Assembly: GCA_963422645.2 (NCBI GenBank)
Contig: CAXXVO010000008.1
Span: forward strand, 480,001 to 544,000
Reading direction: 5' to 3'
From: Alphaproteobacteria bacterium
Lineage (GTDB): Bacteria; Pseudomonadota; Alphaproteobacteria; UBA828
Length of the DNA: 64,000 bases
Below, one piece after another: positions 11,111 through 21,167 of this stretch. The first letter of the stretch is position 1. Every line of letters begins with the position of its first letter. The notes under the pieces were generated by a model. The model saw only the letters and a list, made by a program, of their open reading frames with translations. It did not search any database and had not been told where the DNA came from. The position numbers were made by a program, and so were the translations under genes.

Positions 11111-12112
11111 ATGCTTCCCAGAGTCGCAATCTTCGCCATGGGCGGGACCATCGCCATGGCCGGGCGCGGCGAGCGCGGCGTCACACCCTCGCTGGGTGCG
11201 GACGCGCTGGTGGAGGCGGTGCCGCAGCTTGCCGAGGTCGCGTCCGTCGAAGCGCAAACCTTCCGCCTGCTGCCGAGCCCGGAAGTCACGATCCCCGATC
11301 TCTTCGCGCTGGCCGACGCCATCGAGCAGGCCGTGGCCGACGGCGCCCACGGCGTGGTGGTCACGCACGGCACCGACACGATGGAGGAGTCGGCCTTCGT
11401 GCTCGACCGCATCCTCGCCGTCGATGCCCCGGTGGTGGTGACCGGCGCGATGCGCAACCCGACGCTCGCCGGGCCGGACGGGCCGGCGAACCTGCTGAAC
11501 GGCGTGCGCCTCGCCGTGCACGAGCCCGCGCGCGGCCTCGGCGTCATGGTGGTCATGAACGACGAGATCCACGCGGCACGCTACGTGCAGAAAGGGGTGA
11601 CCTCGAACCCGGCAGCGTTTCGCTCTGCGCCGGCCGGGCCGCTCGGCTGGTTCGCTGAAGGCGCGGTGCGGCTCGCCGGCCGGGTGGGTGGGCGCCGGAC
11701 GATCCCGGTGGCGCGCGACGCCGAGGTCGTGCCGGTTGCGCTGCTCACCGTGACGCTCGGCGACGATGGCAGGCTGATCGAGTGCGCGCTGGACGCGGGC
11801 TACCGGGGGATCGTGATGGAGTGCACTGGCGGCGGCCATGCCGCCGGCTGGGTCGCCGACAGACTCGCCCAAGCGGCCGAACGCGTGCCGATGGTCATGG
11901 CGTCCCGCACGGGAGCGGGCGAGATGCTGCGCCAGACCTACGACTTCAAGGGCTCGGAGATCGATCTGCTGACGCGCGGGCTGATCAGCGCCGGCTGGCT
12001 GGACGGGCTAAAGGCGCGCCTGCTGCTCACGTTGCTATTGATGCGAGGCGCCGACGACTCGACAATCCGCGAGGCGTTCGGCGCCTGCCTCGATCCTTCG
12101 CCTATACCCTGA
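11111..12112 (+). CDS. L-asparaginase
   Basis: MGGTIA and HGTDTMEE motifs, VVTGAMR. Confidence 0.92.
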   Translation: MLPRVAIFAMGGTIAMAGRGERGVTPSLGADALVEAVPQLAEVASVEAQTFRLLPSPEVTIPDLFALADAIEQAVADGAHGVVVTHGTDTMEESAFVLDRILAVDAPVVVTGAMRNPTLAGPDGPANLLNGVRLAVHEPARGLGVMVVMNDEIHAARYVQKGVTSNPAAFRSAPAGPLGWFAEGAVRLAGRVGGRRTIPVARDAEVVPVALLTVTLGDDGRLIECALDAGYRGIVMECTGGGHAAGWVADRLAQAAERVPMVMASRTGAGEMLRQTYDFKGSEIDLLTRGLISAGWLDGLKARLLLTLLLMRGADDSTIREAFGACLDPSPIP

Positions 12113-12121
12113 AGGGGTTGC

Positions 12122-13534
12122 CTAGAACTTCTTCCACCAGGGGGTGCGGCCGCCGAGGCCAACCATGTCGACGCCGGTCATGAGCGAGACGTCGTAGGTC
12201 AGCGCGCGGAGATCGTTGGGGTCGAGGTCGCTCACCCTATTCTTGCCACAGGCGCGGGCGAAGAGCTGGATCTCCATGGTGAGCGCGTTGAGGTAGTTGG
12301 TCACGCTGTCGGCCGCCTCGTCCACGTCGAGGCGTTCCATCAGCTTCGGCAGCTGGGTGGTGATGCCGACGGGGCAGAGGCCGGTGTGGCAGTGCTGGCA
12401 CTCGTAGGGCGAGGTGCCGAGCCGGGCGTAGTCCTCCAGATAGATCGGCTTGTGACAGCCCATGGCGATGATCGGCGCGGTGCCGAGATAGACCACGTCG
12501 GCGCCAAGCGCGATGCACTTCGCTGCGTCCGCCCCGTTGCGGATACCGCCGCCGACGATGATCTTCATCGTGTCCTTCTTGCCCATGTCGGCGAGCGCTT
12601 CCGAGGCTTCGGCGATGGCGGCAACGGTGGGAATCCCGGCGTGGTCGAGCTGGATCGTGGGCGAGGCCGCGGTACCGCCCTCCATGCCGTCGAAAACGAT
12701 GGCATCGACCCCGGCCTTCGCCGCGATGCGAACGTCGTTGGCGATCCTGGCGGCGCCCACCTTGATGGAGATGGGCACCTTGTATTCGGTGACCTCGCGG
12801 ATCTCCTCGAGCTTCATGTAGAGATCGTCGGCGCCCATCCAATCGGGATGGCGGCAGGGGCTGCGCTGGTCGACTCCCTCGGGCAGGTCGCGCATCTCCG
12901 CCACCTCGTCCGACATCTTGAGCCCCAGCAGCACGCCGCCGGTACCGGGCTTCGCGCCCTGGCCGGCGCCGATCTCGATCATGTCGGCCTTCTTGAGGTC
13001 GTAGGGGTTCATGCCGTAGCGGCTCGGCAGGTACTGCATCACCAGCTTGTCGGAGTAGCGGCGCTCCTCGTGGTGCATGCCGCCCTCGCCGGTGCAGGTG
13101 GAAATGCCGCAGCGGCTCGCCGCCGTGCCGAGCGCGCGCTTGGCGTGAACCGAGAGCGCGCCGAAGCTCATGCCCGCGATCATGATCGGGCGCTCAAGGA
13201 CCAGCGGGTTCTCGCAGTTGCCCTCGCCGATCACCACCCGCGTGTCGCATTTCTCCCGATAACCTTCGAGCGGCATGCGCGAGAGACCAGCCGGCACGAA
13301 CACGAGGTCGTCGAAGGAGGGCAGGCCCTGGCGCTTGGTCGCCTGGCCCCTGATCTGGTAGCGGCCGAGGGCGGCCTTCTCCTGAATCTCCTCGATCACC
13401 TCGGGCGGCCACACCCCGCTGAAGCTGTAGGGCCGCGGATAGGCGCCGCTGGGCGCGGGCGCAGCGTCTTCCACAACCTCGATGGTGGAATCGCCCGCAT
13501 GGGCCTGAGGCGGTGTGCTCGTGGTCTCGCTCAT
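12122..13534 (-). CDS. FMN-binding glutamate synthase family protein (MgsC/GlxD-like)
   Basis: MSFGALS, TGEGG, GQGAKPG.GG, CHTGLCPVGITTQ Fe-S motif. Confidence 0.9.
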   Translation of the reverse strand: MSETTSTPPQAHAGDSTIEVVEDAAPAPSGAYPRPYSFSGVWPPEVIEEIQEKAALGRYQIRGQATKRQGLPSFDDLVFVPAGLSRMPLEGYREKCDTRVVIGEGNCENPLVLERPIMIAGMSFGALSVHAKRALGTAASRCGISTCTGEGGMHHEERRYSDKLVMQYLPSRYGMNPYDLKKADMIEIGAGQGAKPGTGGVLLGLKMSDEVAEMRDLPEGVDQRSPCRHPDWMGADDLYMKLEEIREVTEYKVPISIKVGAARIANDVRIAAKAGVDAIVFDGMEGGTAASPTIQLDHAGIPTVAAIAEASEALADMGKKDTMKIIVGGGIRNGADAAKCIALGADVVYLGTAPIIAMGCHKPIYLEDYARLGTSPYECQHCHTGLCPVGITTQLPKLMERLDVDEAADSVTNYLNALTMEIQLFARACGKNRVSDLDPNDLRALTYDVSLMTGVDMVGLGGRTPWWKKF

Positions 13535-14235
13535 AGCACGTCCTTCCACGCCGCGAAGTCATGCTTGTTGAAGTGCCACAGCTTGCGGTCCGACTGGAGC
13601 TTGCGGAACTTTGCGGGCGCCTCGATTTCGAAGCGGTCGAGCAGTTCCGCCACCTCGTCGAGCTCGCCGTTCTCGGCATCGACCTCCTCGAGCCCGGAGC
13701 CTAGCTCCTTCGCCGTGCCGCCGAGAAAGATCACGCCCTGATACATGGAATCGCCGAGGCCGGTGTCGGCGTCGCCGCAGACGATCATGCGACCGTTCTG
13801 CATCATGAAGCCCGACATGTAGCCGGTGTTGCCGCCGACGATGAGCTCGCCCTTTTTCAGGATCATGCCCGAGCGCGGCCCCGCATCGCCGTGCACGACG
13901 ACACGCCCGCCGCGGATCGAGGGCGCCGCCGAGGTGGCGGCGTTGCCGTGCACGACCACCTCGCCGCTCATCAGGTTGTCGGCCACGCCCCAGCCGCAGG
14001 TGCCGTGGACCTCCGCGGTGATGCCGTCGCAGAGGCCGGCAGTGAAGGAGCCCACGTGGCCGCGGTAGACGACGTGGATGGGCTGCAGAACCGAGACGCC
14101 GAGATTATGCCGCGCCTGTGGGTTCAGGAGCTCGACCTCCGGCACGCCCTCGTTCGCCGCGCGGCGAATCTCCTCGTTGATCGCGCGCGTCGGCCGGCCG
14201 GCGCAGTCGATGGTCAGTGAATTGGAATTCGCCAC
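13531..14235 (-). CDS. GXGXG/GltB-C domain protein (MgsB/GlxC-like)
   Basis: GTG start at 14235; repeated VHGNA/VHGDAG beta-helix; overlaps both neighbours. Confidence 0.85.
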   Translation of the reverse strand: MANSNSLTIDCAGRPTRAINEEIRRAANEGVPEVELLNPQARHNLGVSVLQPIHVVYRGHVGSFTAGLCDGITAEVHGTCGWGVADNLMSGEVVVHGNAATSAAPSIRGGRVVVHGDAGPRSGMILKKGELIVGGNTGYMSGFMMQNGRMIVCGDADTGLGDSMYQGVIFLGGTAKELGSGLEEVDAENGELDEVAELLDRFEIEAPAKFRKLQSDRKLWHFNKHDFAAWKDVL

Positions 14236-15119
14236 GTCACCACCTCGCCGGCCCCCGGCTCCCACACCTCGATGTCCTCGCCGACCCCGTCGCGCAGCGA
14301 CCAGCAGTCGGAGGACACCGCCACCAGGCGGTCGGTCTCGCCCACCACCAGCGGCTTCGCCGCATAGGGGTCCTTGACGACGCCCACCTCGTCCGTGGTC
14401 ACGGCGATATAGGTGAAGCAGCCGTCGAGGATTGTCACCGAGCGTTCCAGCGCCTCGTGGAAGCTTGCGCCCTTGCCCATCTCGTCGATCAACGCCACGG
14501 CGATCACCTCGGAATCGTTGCCGGTGGCGAAGGTGTAGCCCGCACGCTCGTAGTGATAGCGCAGATGGTGGAAGTTCGTGATGTGGCCGTTGTGCATGAT
14601 CGCGAGATCGCGGTGCAGCCTGGCGGAGAGCGGTTGCCCGTGGGTGAAGTCGATGACGCTCTCGGTGGCGAAGCGCGTGAGCCCCATGGCGAGCGGGCCG
14701 TCGTAATCGGTGATGGTGAAGCGCTCCTCCAGGGTCTCCACGCCCCCCAGGTGCTTCACCACTTCGAGCTGACGGCCGATGCTGGCGACGGTATAGCCGG
14801 GACCGAGCGCGTCGATCGCGTCCACCAGCGCCCCATCGTCGCCGTCGTAACGGACCGTGGTGCGGATAAAGCCCTCGCCGTCGGTGGCGCTCTCGATACG
14901 GCCGAGCTCGTCCAGCAGACCCAGCACGCGGCCGCCGCCACCTGCTTCCTCGCAATTGACGCCGACGTAGAGGCGATCCTCGCTGGCCGGCTGGATCAGG
15001 GCGATTCCGGTCGAATCCGGCCCGCGCCGGAAGATGCCGTCCAGCACGTGATAGGCGATCTCGCCGGTGCGGCGATGATGATCCTTAGTCTTGAAGAAGA
15101 CGCCGCCGAGGCCGCACAT
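14214..15119 (-). CDS. Class II glutamine amidotransferase (MgsA/GlxB-like)
   Basis: N-terminal MCG, RGPDSTG, RFATES, HNGHITN, DSEVI. Confidence 0.88.
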   Translation of the reverse strand: MCGLGGVFFKTKDHHRRTGEIAYHVLDGIFRRGPDSTGIALIQPASEDRLYVGVNCEEAGGGGRVLGLLDELGRIESATDGEGFIRTTVRYDGDDGALVDAIDALGPGYTVASIGRQLEVVKHLGGVETLEERFTITDYDGPLAMGLTRFATESVIDFTHGQPLSARLHRDLAIMHNGHITNFHHLRYHYERAGYTFATGNDSEVIAVALIDEMGKGASFHEALERSVTILDGCFTYIAVTTDEVGVVKDPYAAKPLVVGETDRLVAVSSDCWSLRDGVGEDIEVWEPGAGEVVTWRIPIH

Positions 15120-15143
15120 GGGCTTCGCTCCCTTGCGTCGCCG

Positions 15144-15623
15144 TCAGCCGGCGGCCGGCAGCAGCTTGACCCTCTTGTCGAGGTGCGCCCAGGGGATCAT
15201 CGCGTCGATCCAGGCGTTGATGCGGTCAAAAGCGAGCATCGCTGCTTCGCAGACCTGCACCACCTCGCCATGGCTCTTGGCGCCGCCGGCCTCGAAATAG
15301 GCGGCGAGGTCGCGCACGAGCTTGACCGTGTTGGTGAGCTTCCACTTGGCAAGCCGGCCGGCATGGCGGTTGAGCAACGCAGCTGCCATCTGGTTCAACG
15401 CCGCGGGCGGCAGGGCCTCGTCGAGCGCCAGCTGGCGGACGACCTGGATGTTTTCGCCCATCCAGAAGGTGTTGAAGTTGGCGTAGAGCACGGGCGGCAT
15501 GTTGCCCATGGGCGGCAGGCTGTGCGCGCGGAGCCGGGTAATGTCGCCGGGCTCGGAACTCCAGTTGCGTCGGCCGAAGCGCTCCAGCCGGTCGATGATC
15601 GCGCTCGTCTCGGTTGCGGTCAT
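15144..15623 (-). CDS. Helical protein resembling the cucumopine synthase C-terminal domain
   Basis: W..EP..I..LR and DRINAWIDAMIPW resemble that domain (recalled similarity); follows a cyclophilin-like gene. Confidence 0.5.
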   Translation of the reverse strand: MTATETSAIIDRLERFGRRNWSSEPGDITRLRAHSLPPMGNMPPVLYANFNTFWMGENIQVVRQLALDEALPPAALNQMAAALLNRHAGRLAKWKLTNTVKLVRDLAAYFEAGGAKSHGEVVQVCEAAMLAFDRINAWIDAMIPWAHLDKRVKLLPAAG

Positions 15624-15627
15624 GGTC

Positions 15628-16020
15628 CTACGCTCCCTCGACGAGTTCGAGCCGGACCGGCAGCGGCCCCTTGGTGAGGATCTTCTTGCCCGCGGGCTTC
15701 AGATGCTCCAGCCCGTCCACGATCTTCGCGAACACGCTGACCTTCCCGAAGGGCTTGGTATCGCCGTAGAAGATGCAGGCGGTCTGGCGCCCCGGATAGA
15801 AGCCGATGTCGCCGGGCTTGACGTTGAGAATCTCGTTCTCCGCGTTGCAGTAGAAGGGGAGCATCACGATCAACTCCTCGCCCGCGAACTTGGCGTGCAC
15901 CGAGAAGCTATCGCAGGGCAGGCTCTCGGCGAACGCCTTGACGACGTTGGGCGCCTTGCCACCCAGCAGTTCGGCGACGACCGTGCGGCCGTCGATGGTC
16001 ATTGCGAAACGATCCGCCAT
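15628..16020 (-). CDS. DUF3830 / cyclophilin-like fold protein
   Basis: APNVV.AF..SLP, HAKFAGEE, PGDIGFYP, IFYG. Confidence 0.75.
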   Translation of the reverse strand: MADRFAMTIDGRTVVAELLGGKAPNVVKAFAESLPCDSFSVHAKFAGEELIVMLPFYCNAENEILNVKPGDIGFYPGRQTACIFYGDTKPFGKVSVFAKIVDGLEHLKPAGKKILTKGPLPVRLELVEGA

Positions 16021-16159
16021 GATATCCCCTCGCCCTCGCGCCGTTGCCCGCGCCCTCTGCCGCCCATTAGCCGCGGCCTCTCCAGCCGCCGCGCGGTCCT
16101 TGGGCCAAAGTCGATATCATGGCCCGCTCGGCCGGGCAATCGCACCTGACGCAGGGGAG

Positions 16160-18038
16160 GTAACTGCCCAGGTTCTTGCTGTGAAAATTCTCTGGGATTC
16201 GGCACAACGCTACCCACGCGACGCCCGTGTGCTCCTCTGTGGTCGCCGGGTTTCACAGCTCACGATGCCCCTCTTGCGGACTGCGACCGGTAAGCTACCC
16301 CGATGTGGCCCGAAGTCCGCCCGCGCGACGGGCACCGATTTTCATTCTATGGGGTGGTCCAGCACGGCGTCGACCATGATCGTTTATGAGAATGGCTCCG
16401 CTGTTGGAGAACCCGTGCCAGGTGAGCTTACGCGCACTTGACGGTGGCGATGAGCCGATCCGATGGGCTGGTCAGGGCTTCGATGATATTCCAGCCCTGC
16501 TTTCTGGCGGTGGTGATGACGCTGCGCAGGATGGCGAAGTTCTCGGCCCCCTGCGCGGACCGGAAGCCCCCGGAGATCTTCTGGCGCAGCTTCATCATCC
16601 GAAGGTCGCGCTCGGCCTCGTTGTTCGTGAACCCGACCTCGAGGTCGATCAGGAACCGGAGCACCGCGCATTTGTGGTCGCGCAGCCTCAAGGCCAGATT
16701 GTGACCGATCCTTCGCTTCCGGCGCTTCTTCCTCTTGCCAGGCGAGAACGGTGGTTGGCTCTCGTGAAAGGCCAGCGCATCGGCGATGATCTCGTCGTAT
16801 CGGCGCTCGATCAGCGCCACAAGCCTCGCCGGAACGGCGATATCCTTGTCCAGCGCGATGCGGGCGGCGCGATTGGCTCGGCGCAGGAGCTGCTGCATCC
16901 GCCGGGCCCAAGCCTCCCCTTCGATGTCCACCAGCGCCTGCAACTCCCGCAGGTGATGGGCGTTGCACAGGCCGTGCTCCACCCCTTCCATCGCGAAGTA
17001 CGGCTTCCAGTGATCGTGCACGACGATGCCGGAGACACCCGAGAGCAGGGCGCCGCGCTTGCCGCTGACCCGGTACGCCGCCAGCAGCGGCGTGCAGATC
17101 ACATGAAGCCACTGCGTCTGACCGCCGATCCGCAAGCCGGTCTCGTCCATGTGTTTCACCCGCGCCGTGCCCGCCGCCAGGTCCTGTATGTGCAAGGCCG
17201 CGTCCCGCAGCCGCTCGGCCGCCCTCTCGCTCATCGTCGCCAACGTCGCAGCCGTCACCGGCGCGCCGAAGAGCTCGGCCATCACCTGCGACAGCCGATC
17301 CTCCGGCAGGAAGTGAGCGTGCTGAAGGTAGACCGCCACCCCGGCAATGCGCGGGCCGTACTGCACCGGCGCCGACACCCCGTCGGGGAACGCCGCCCGG
17401 GTCACCGTCCCGCAATGCCCGCAGCACTTGGCATGCGCCCGGTGCTCGGTCACCTCCAGGGGGCTCGGCTCGGGCAGATCGAACACCTGGCGGGCGACGG
17501 GCGTTCCCGCCCTGGCCGCGTCCGAAAGCGGCGAACCGCATCCCTTGCAGGAAGCCGGGACGTGATCCTTCACCCGATCCGGGTGATCGGCGCGGCGCAG
17601 CGTCTTGCCCTTGTGGCCGGGCTGGCCACCGGGCTTGCGGCCCGATTTGCCGCGCAGGCTTCGGGTTCGCCGCTTCGAATTCGGCTTCCTCAGCCCATCG
17701 CTCGAAGGCGGCTTGCCGCTGTTGAGGCCGAGACGGCGCTCCAACTCCTCGATGCGCTCGACGAGACGCGCGACTTGCTCTTCCAGCCGCGCGTTCTGCT
17801 GCCGAAGCCAGGCATTTTCCTCCCGAAGCCGGGCGTTCTCCTCCTCCAGGCGGGCGATCTTCTGCGCGGGCGTTTCGGGCGCTGCTCCCGTCGAAGGGCC
17901 GCGCGGCGACTCGGGATTGCTCATGTCGTTGTTGAGTCATTTCCCGAAATTCCCGTCAAGCCCTTTCCACCAACTCCGAACGAGAAACGCCTCAATCCAC
18001 TGGCCCAAAATGACAAATCAGACGACCTGGGCAGTTAC
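16160..18038 (-). mobile_element. Single-ORF IS66-family element, copy A
   Basis: TIR GTAACTGCCCAGGT at both ends; same element as 23637-25515; no TSD. Confidence 0.92.
16428..17924 (-). CDS. IS66 family transposase
   Basis: Leucine zipper, KPPSSD, GGQPGH, Zn finger, DETG, CNAHHLREL, TNNEAERDLR. Confidence 0.93.
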   Translation of the reverse strand: MSNPESPRGPSTGAAPETPAQKIARLEEENARLREENAWLRQQNARLEEQVARLVERIEELERRLGLNSGKPPSSDGLRKPNSKRRTRSLRGKSGRKPGGQPGHKGKTLRRADHPDRVKDHVPASCKGCGSPLSDAARAGTPVARQVFDLPEPSPLEVTEHRAHAKCCGHCGTVTRAAFPDGVSAPVQYGPRIAGVAVYLQHAHFLPEDRLSQVMAELFGAPVTAATLATMSERAAERLRDAALHIQDLAAGTARVKHMDETGLRIGGQTQWLHVICTPLLAAYRVSGKRGALLSGVSGIVVHDHWKPYFAMEGVEHGLCNAHHLRELQALVDIEGEAWARRMQQLLRRANRAARIALDKDIAVPARLVALIERRYDEIIADALAFHESQPPFSPGKRKKRRKRRIGHNLALRLRDHKCAVLRFLIDLEVGFTNNEAERDLRMMKLRQKISGGFRSAQGAENFAILRSVITTARKQGWNIIEALTSPSDRLIATVKCA

Positions 18039-18172
18039 GATTTTTCTTTCCTTTCCTGCCTTCTGCCTCTTGCATCATCGCCACGGATTGTCTCCAATAG
18101 CCCCGCATTTGATGCCGCTCGATTGCGGTTTGATGACTGATATTCGAGCGGATGGAGACCGTGGGAGAGACG

Positions 18173-19201
18173 ATGCCGAAACGCAGCACACTCAAACTGA
18201 CCAAGCGGATTGTCGAGAAGCTGAAAGCCGAGGACAAGGACGCGATTTACTGGGACGGCGAGCTGGCCGGCTTGGGAGTGCGGGTCCACGCCACCGGACG
18301 CAAGCTCTTTATCGTCCAGTCCCGGGGACCGGCCGGCCTGAAGCGGGTGACGCTGGGGCCGGTTGGCGCGGAGACGATCGAGAAGTACCGGAGCGAGGCG
18401 GCGGTTGCGATCGACCGCATCAAGCAGGGTGAGGACCCGAGGCCGCCGAAGCCGGCGCCCGAGCCCACGGTCGCCGATCTGGCGGCCCGCTGCGTGTCCG
18501 TCCGGTTTGGGGTCAGGTGCAAGCCGGCAACGGCGAAGCACTACAAGATGGCTCTCGACCGTCACGTTCTTCCTGTCTTGGGGACGATGCCGCTTTCGGA
18601 GGTCGGGCCGAAAGAAGCCGCCGCGCTGCACCACTGGATGCGCGACATGCCGGCGATGGCGAACCGGGCGGTCTGGGTACTGTCGAGGCTGTTCGTTCTG
18701 GCCGAGACCTGGGAGATGGTGCCGCCCGGCCGTAACCCGTGCCGGCATGTCCGGTACTATCGCGAGAAGTCCCGCGAACGCTTCCTGACGCCCGAGGAGT
18801 TCCGACGCCTCGGGGCGGCGTTGCGAACATTCGAGGCCAGGGGGGCGACGCAGGCGTCGGCAGTCGCCGCGTTGCGTCTGCTGATGCTGACCGGCTGCCG
18901 GATGGGCGAGATCCTGTCCCTGCGGTGGGATGACATGGACCGCACGTCGCGCGTGCTGCGGTTGCGCGACGGCAAGACGGGCCCGCGCATGGTGCCGCTG
19001 ACCGATCCGGTGCTGGCGGTGCTCGACGGCATCGAGCGCGTGGAGGACGTTCCCTGGATGATCCGCAGCAAGTCGGATGGCCGACTGACCGGCCTCTTCT
19101 CGTATTGGCAGCATATCCGGAAGGACGCCGGTCTGGATGACGTGCGGGTGCACGATCTCAGGCTCACTTGTGCATCATCAGACTATCGTCTGGCCGCCTG
19201 A
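18173..19201 (+). pseudogene. Tyrosine integrase with arm-binding domain, C-terminally truncated
   Basis: WDGELAGLGVRV, LTGCR.GEI, KTG, HDLR(L)T, then stop; no LGH...Y catalytic segment. Confidence 0.85.
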
Positions 19202-19346
19202 ACCCCATCAACCCGTTGTTTATAAACGTGTTTTCAGTTCCTTCCGTGCCCTCGTATATTTCCCAAATCGGCTTCCGTAATCATACCGTAACTGGAGTCG
19301 ATCCACTTCTGGACGTGACATGTCACGTCAGTAGCATGATTTCGTC

Positions 19347-19481
19347 GTAACCGTTCGGGTCCCGGGGGACGGAACACGCGCGGTCGCTACCGGAATGGTG
19401 CAGTCCCGAGGGAAGCTGCGACCTTCCTGCCGTTCAGCCCGACTTGGCACCGCGCGCCTCCCCCGAGCGTCGAACGGTTAC
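19347..19481. mobile_element. 135-bp IS66-type MITE
   Basis: Perfect 11-bp TIR GTAACCGTTCG; 8-bp TSD ATTTCGTC at 19339-19346 and 19482-19489. Confidence 0.85.
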
Positions 19482-19526
19482 ATTTCGTCGACCATTCCGA
19501 TTCGCGCGGTTTTCGTTCGGTCACGC

Positions 19527-19673
19527 GTAAGCGTTCCGGTAAACGTTCCGACAACCCGTGCTGGCCCGAACGAACGGACGTGGTCAAAGCCCGCAATGCG
19601 AAGAGATCCGTCGTCTGGCGGCATCGACCGTGTCGGCGGGCCGGTCGGTTCCACGGCTTACCGGAACGGTTAC
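19527..19673. mobile_element. Second IS66-type MITE-like element
   Basis: Ends GTAAGCGTTCCGGTAAAC and (reverse complement) GTAACCGTTCCGGTAAGC, 16/18 match; no TSD. Confidence 0.55.
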
Positions 19674-19762
19674 CGTAACCGTAAACGTTCCGCCAGGCCG
19701 TGGAGAAGGGCATCCTCTGGTTGGCACGGTTGCACGCATGCCCGATCCGTGGGGCTTGGATT

Positions 19763-19950
19763 CTAGCGGTTGAGGGCGCGCCGCCAATCCCTTCTGAGAG
19801 GCCGGAGCCAGACGTCCTTGCGGGGTTTGTCGTAGAGCTTGTCCCGGTCGTAGCGACCGCGCCCCTGAGTGGTCCCGACCCGTATCCAGCCTGATGCCCG
19901 GTAGACGGCGCCGGTGTAGCGCGGGGTCTCGACGAAGGTCTCGATGAGCT
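19763..19950 (-). pseudogene. C-terminal fragment of a DUF4338 (DruA-like) protein, followed by an IS66-like end at 19681
   Basis: ETFVETPRYTGAVYRASGWIRVGTTQGRGR motif; GTAAACGTTCCG at 19681-19692. Confidence 0.7.
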
Positions 19951-20050
19951 CCGCCGCGCCGTCCAGTCCCTGGCGGTGACGAGCCAGTCGTAGCCCAGCA
20001 GGTAGTATCCGTTCATCACCAGGTCCGGCAACGGCTCCTCTGCTCTGGCC

Positions 20051-21167
20051 TGTGTAAAAACACAAAAGTTGTCCTCAACGGACAGAATTAGTGTGTATCG
20101 CCGTCGCGCAGCTTTCGGTCGCCCTCCCTTCTCCTCACCTGCGCTGTCCGCCCTGCGCTCACACTCTCCGCGGCCTGCGGCTCGACACCCTGTCCGGTCG
20201 GCTTCCCCGCCTCGGACGCTCCTGTGTTCTGCCCTCCGGTGGCGCTCACTTCTGGGCTGTCCTTCCCGCGCCCGATCCGGGCCAGCATCCCCTTGAGGCT
20301 CGCTGTCCCCTTCGCGCTGGCCTTGAGTGTGTCGCTTGGTGGTGCCTGCTCCCCGTGTCATCATGTGCATACGGGAGTGGGTGCCCGGCGGAAATCGTGG
20401 CGAAGCGATATAGGAGAGGAGACGCGGATGACACCGACTGATGCGCGCGCCGACCCCATCGTCTATGCAGTCACCATCGATCGAGGCGGTGAACGGCGGT
20501 GGTTCGGAAATATGCAGCCGTGCGCAGGCGGGCTCTGGGGTGCATGGGACGCCGACGACGCCCCGGTTGAAGGGGGGGGCGAAGAGATGTTTGAGGACCT
20601 GACCGCGTTCGTCGGGAAGGTGGGAGGGAGAAACGTCAAGATTTTGGCCGGACCCCGAAGCGCCATGGTGCAAGACCGTCACAGATACGCTTTGGCATGG
20701 GAGGCGTGGACCGCCCCGGTGCAGTGGTGGCGGTGGGGAACCGAAGACCGCGATCAGGCCCAACGGTACTCGAAGGAGGATGGGTGCATCATAAATGGCC
20801 CGAGGGAAGACATGGTGGAGGATTTCCGTCAGTACCTGAAGGACCGGGGGTGCCGTTGGTAGAGGCAGGCTGACCAGGACATCCTCGCTGGGCCGCCAGC
20901 CTACGTTTACAGCTTCTCGCCGTCGCGCGGCTCCACGTCGCCACGCTCTCTTCGTAGCTTCCACGTTACGCTGTTCCGCGTTTCTTCGGTTTTTCCTTAG
21001 CGATCTCCTCCTTGCCCGGAAACCTAGCCGAATTATTGCGGATTCCGTGAAAACGGACAGAACTACCGCGTATGCCTGTCAGCCGCCGGTCGGGCAATCA
21101 ACAACTTGGCGATCCCATCCGGCCGGATTTTCTGCGGAACTGCGGACAGGTTTAGTGCGTTTGCACA
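20051..21167. mobile_element. Non-autonomous TGT...ACA mini-transposon with a cargo gene
   Basis: 26-bp imperfect TIR (19/26), 5-bp TSD TGGCC, repeated CGGACAG-based 18-mers; excision restores the Res frame. Confidence 0.85.
20428..20862 (+). CDS. Hypothetical Trp-rich protein (cargo of the mini-transposon)
   Basis: AGGAGAGGAG RBS before ATG 20428; 144 aa; no recognised motif. Confidence 0.65.
   Translation: MTPTDARADPIVYAVTIDRGGERRWFGNMQPCAGGLWGAWDADDAPVEGGGEEMFEDLTAFVGKVGGRNVKILAGPRSAMVQDRHRYALAWEAWTAPVQWWRWGTEDRDQAQRYSKEDGCIINGPREDMVEDFRQYLKDRGCRW

Noticed and set aside
19347-19692. GTAAVCGTTCS repeats as replication iterons or integrase arm sites
   Set aside because: One inverted pair is flanked by a perfect 8-bp duplication, so IS66-type element ends explain them better
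19763-20065. Intact Druantia defence gene
   Set aside because: Only a ~60-aa C-terminal fragment fused to Res-derived sequence; no other dru genes
19169-21167. TGTGCA at 19169 as the partner end of 21167
   Set aside because: Weak match and no TSD; the end at 20051 gives 19/26 identity, a 5-bp TSD and frame restoration
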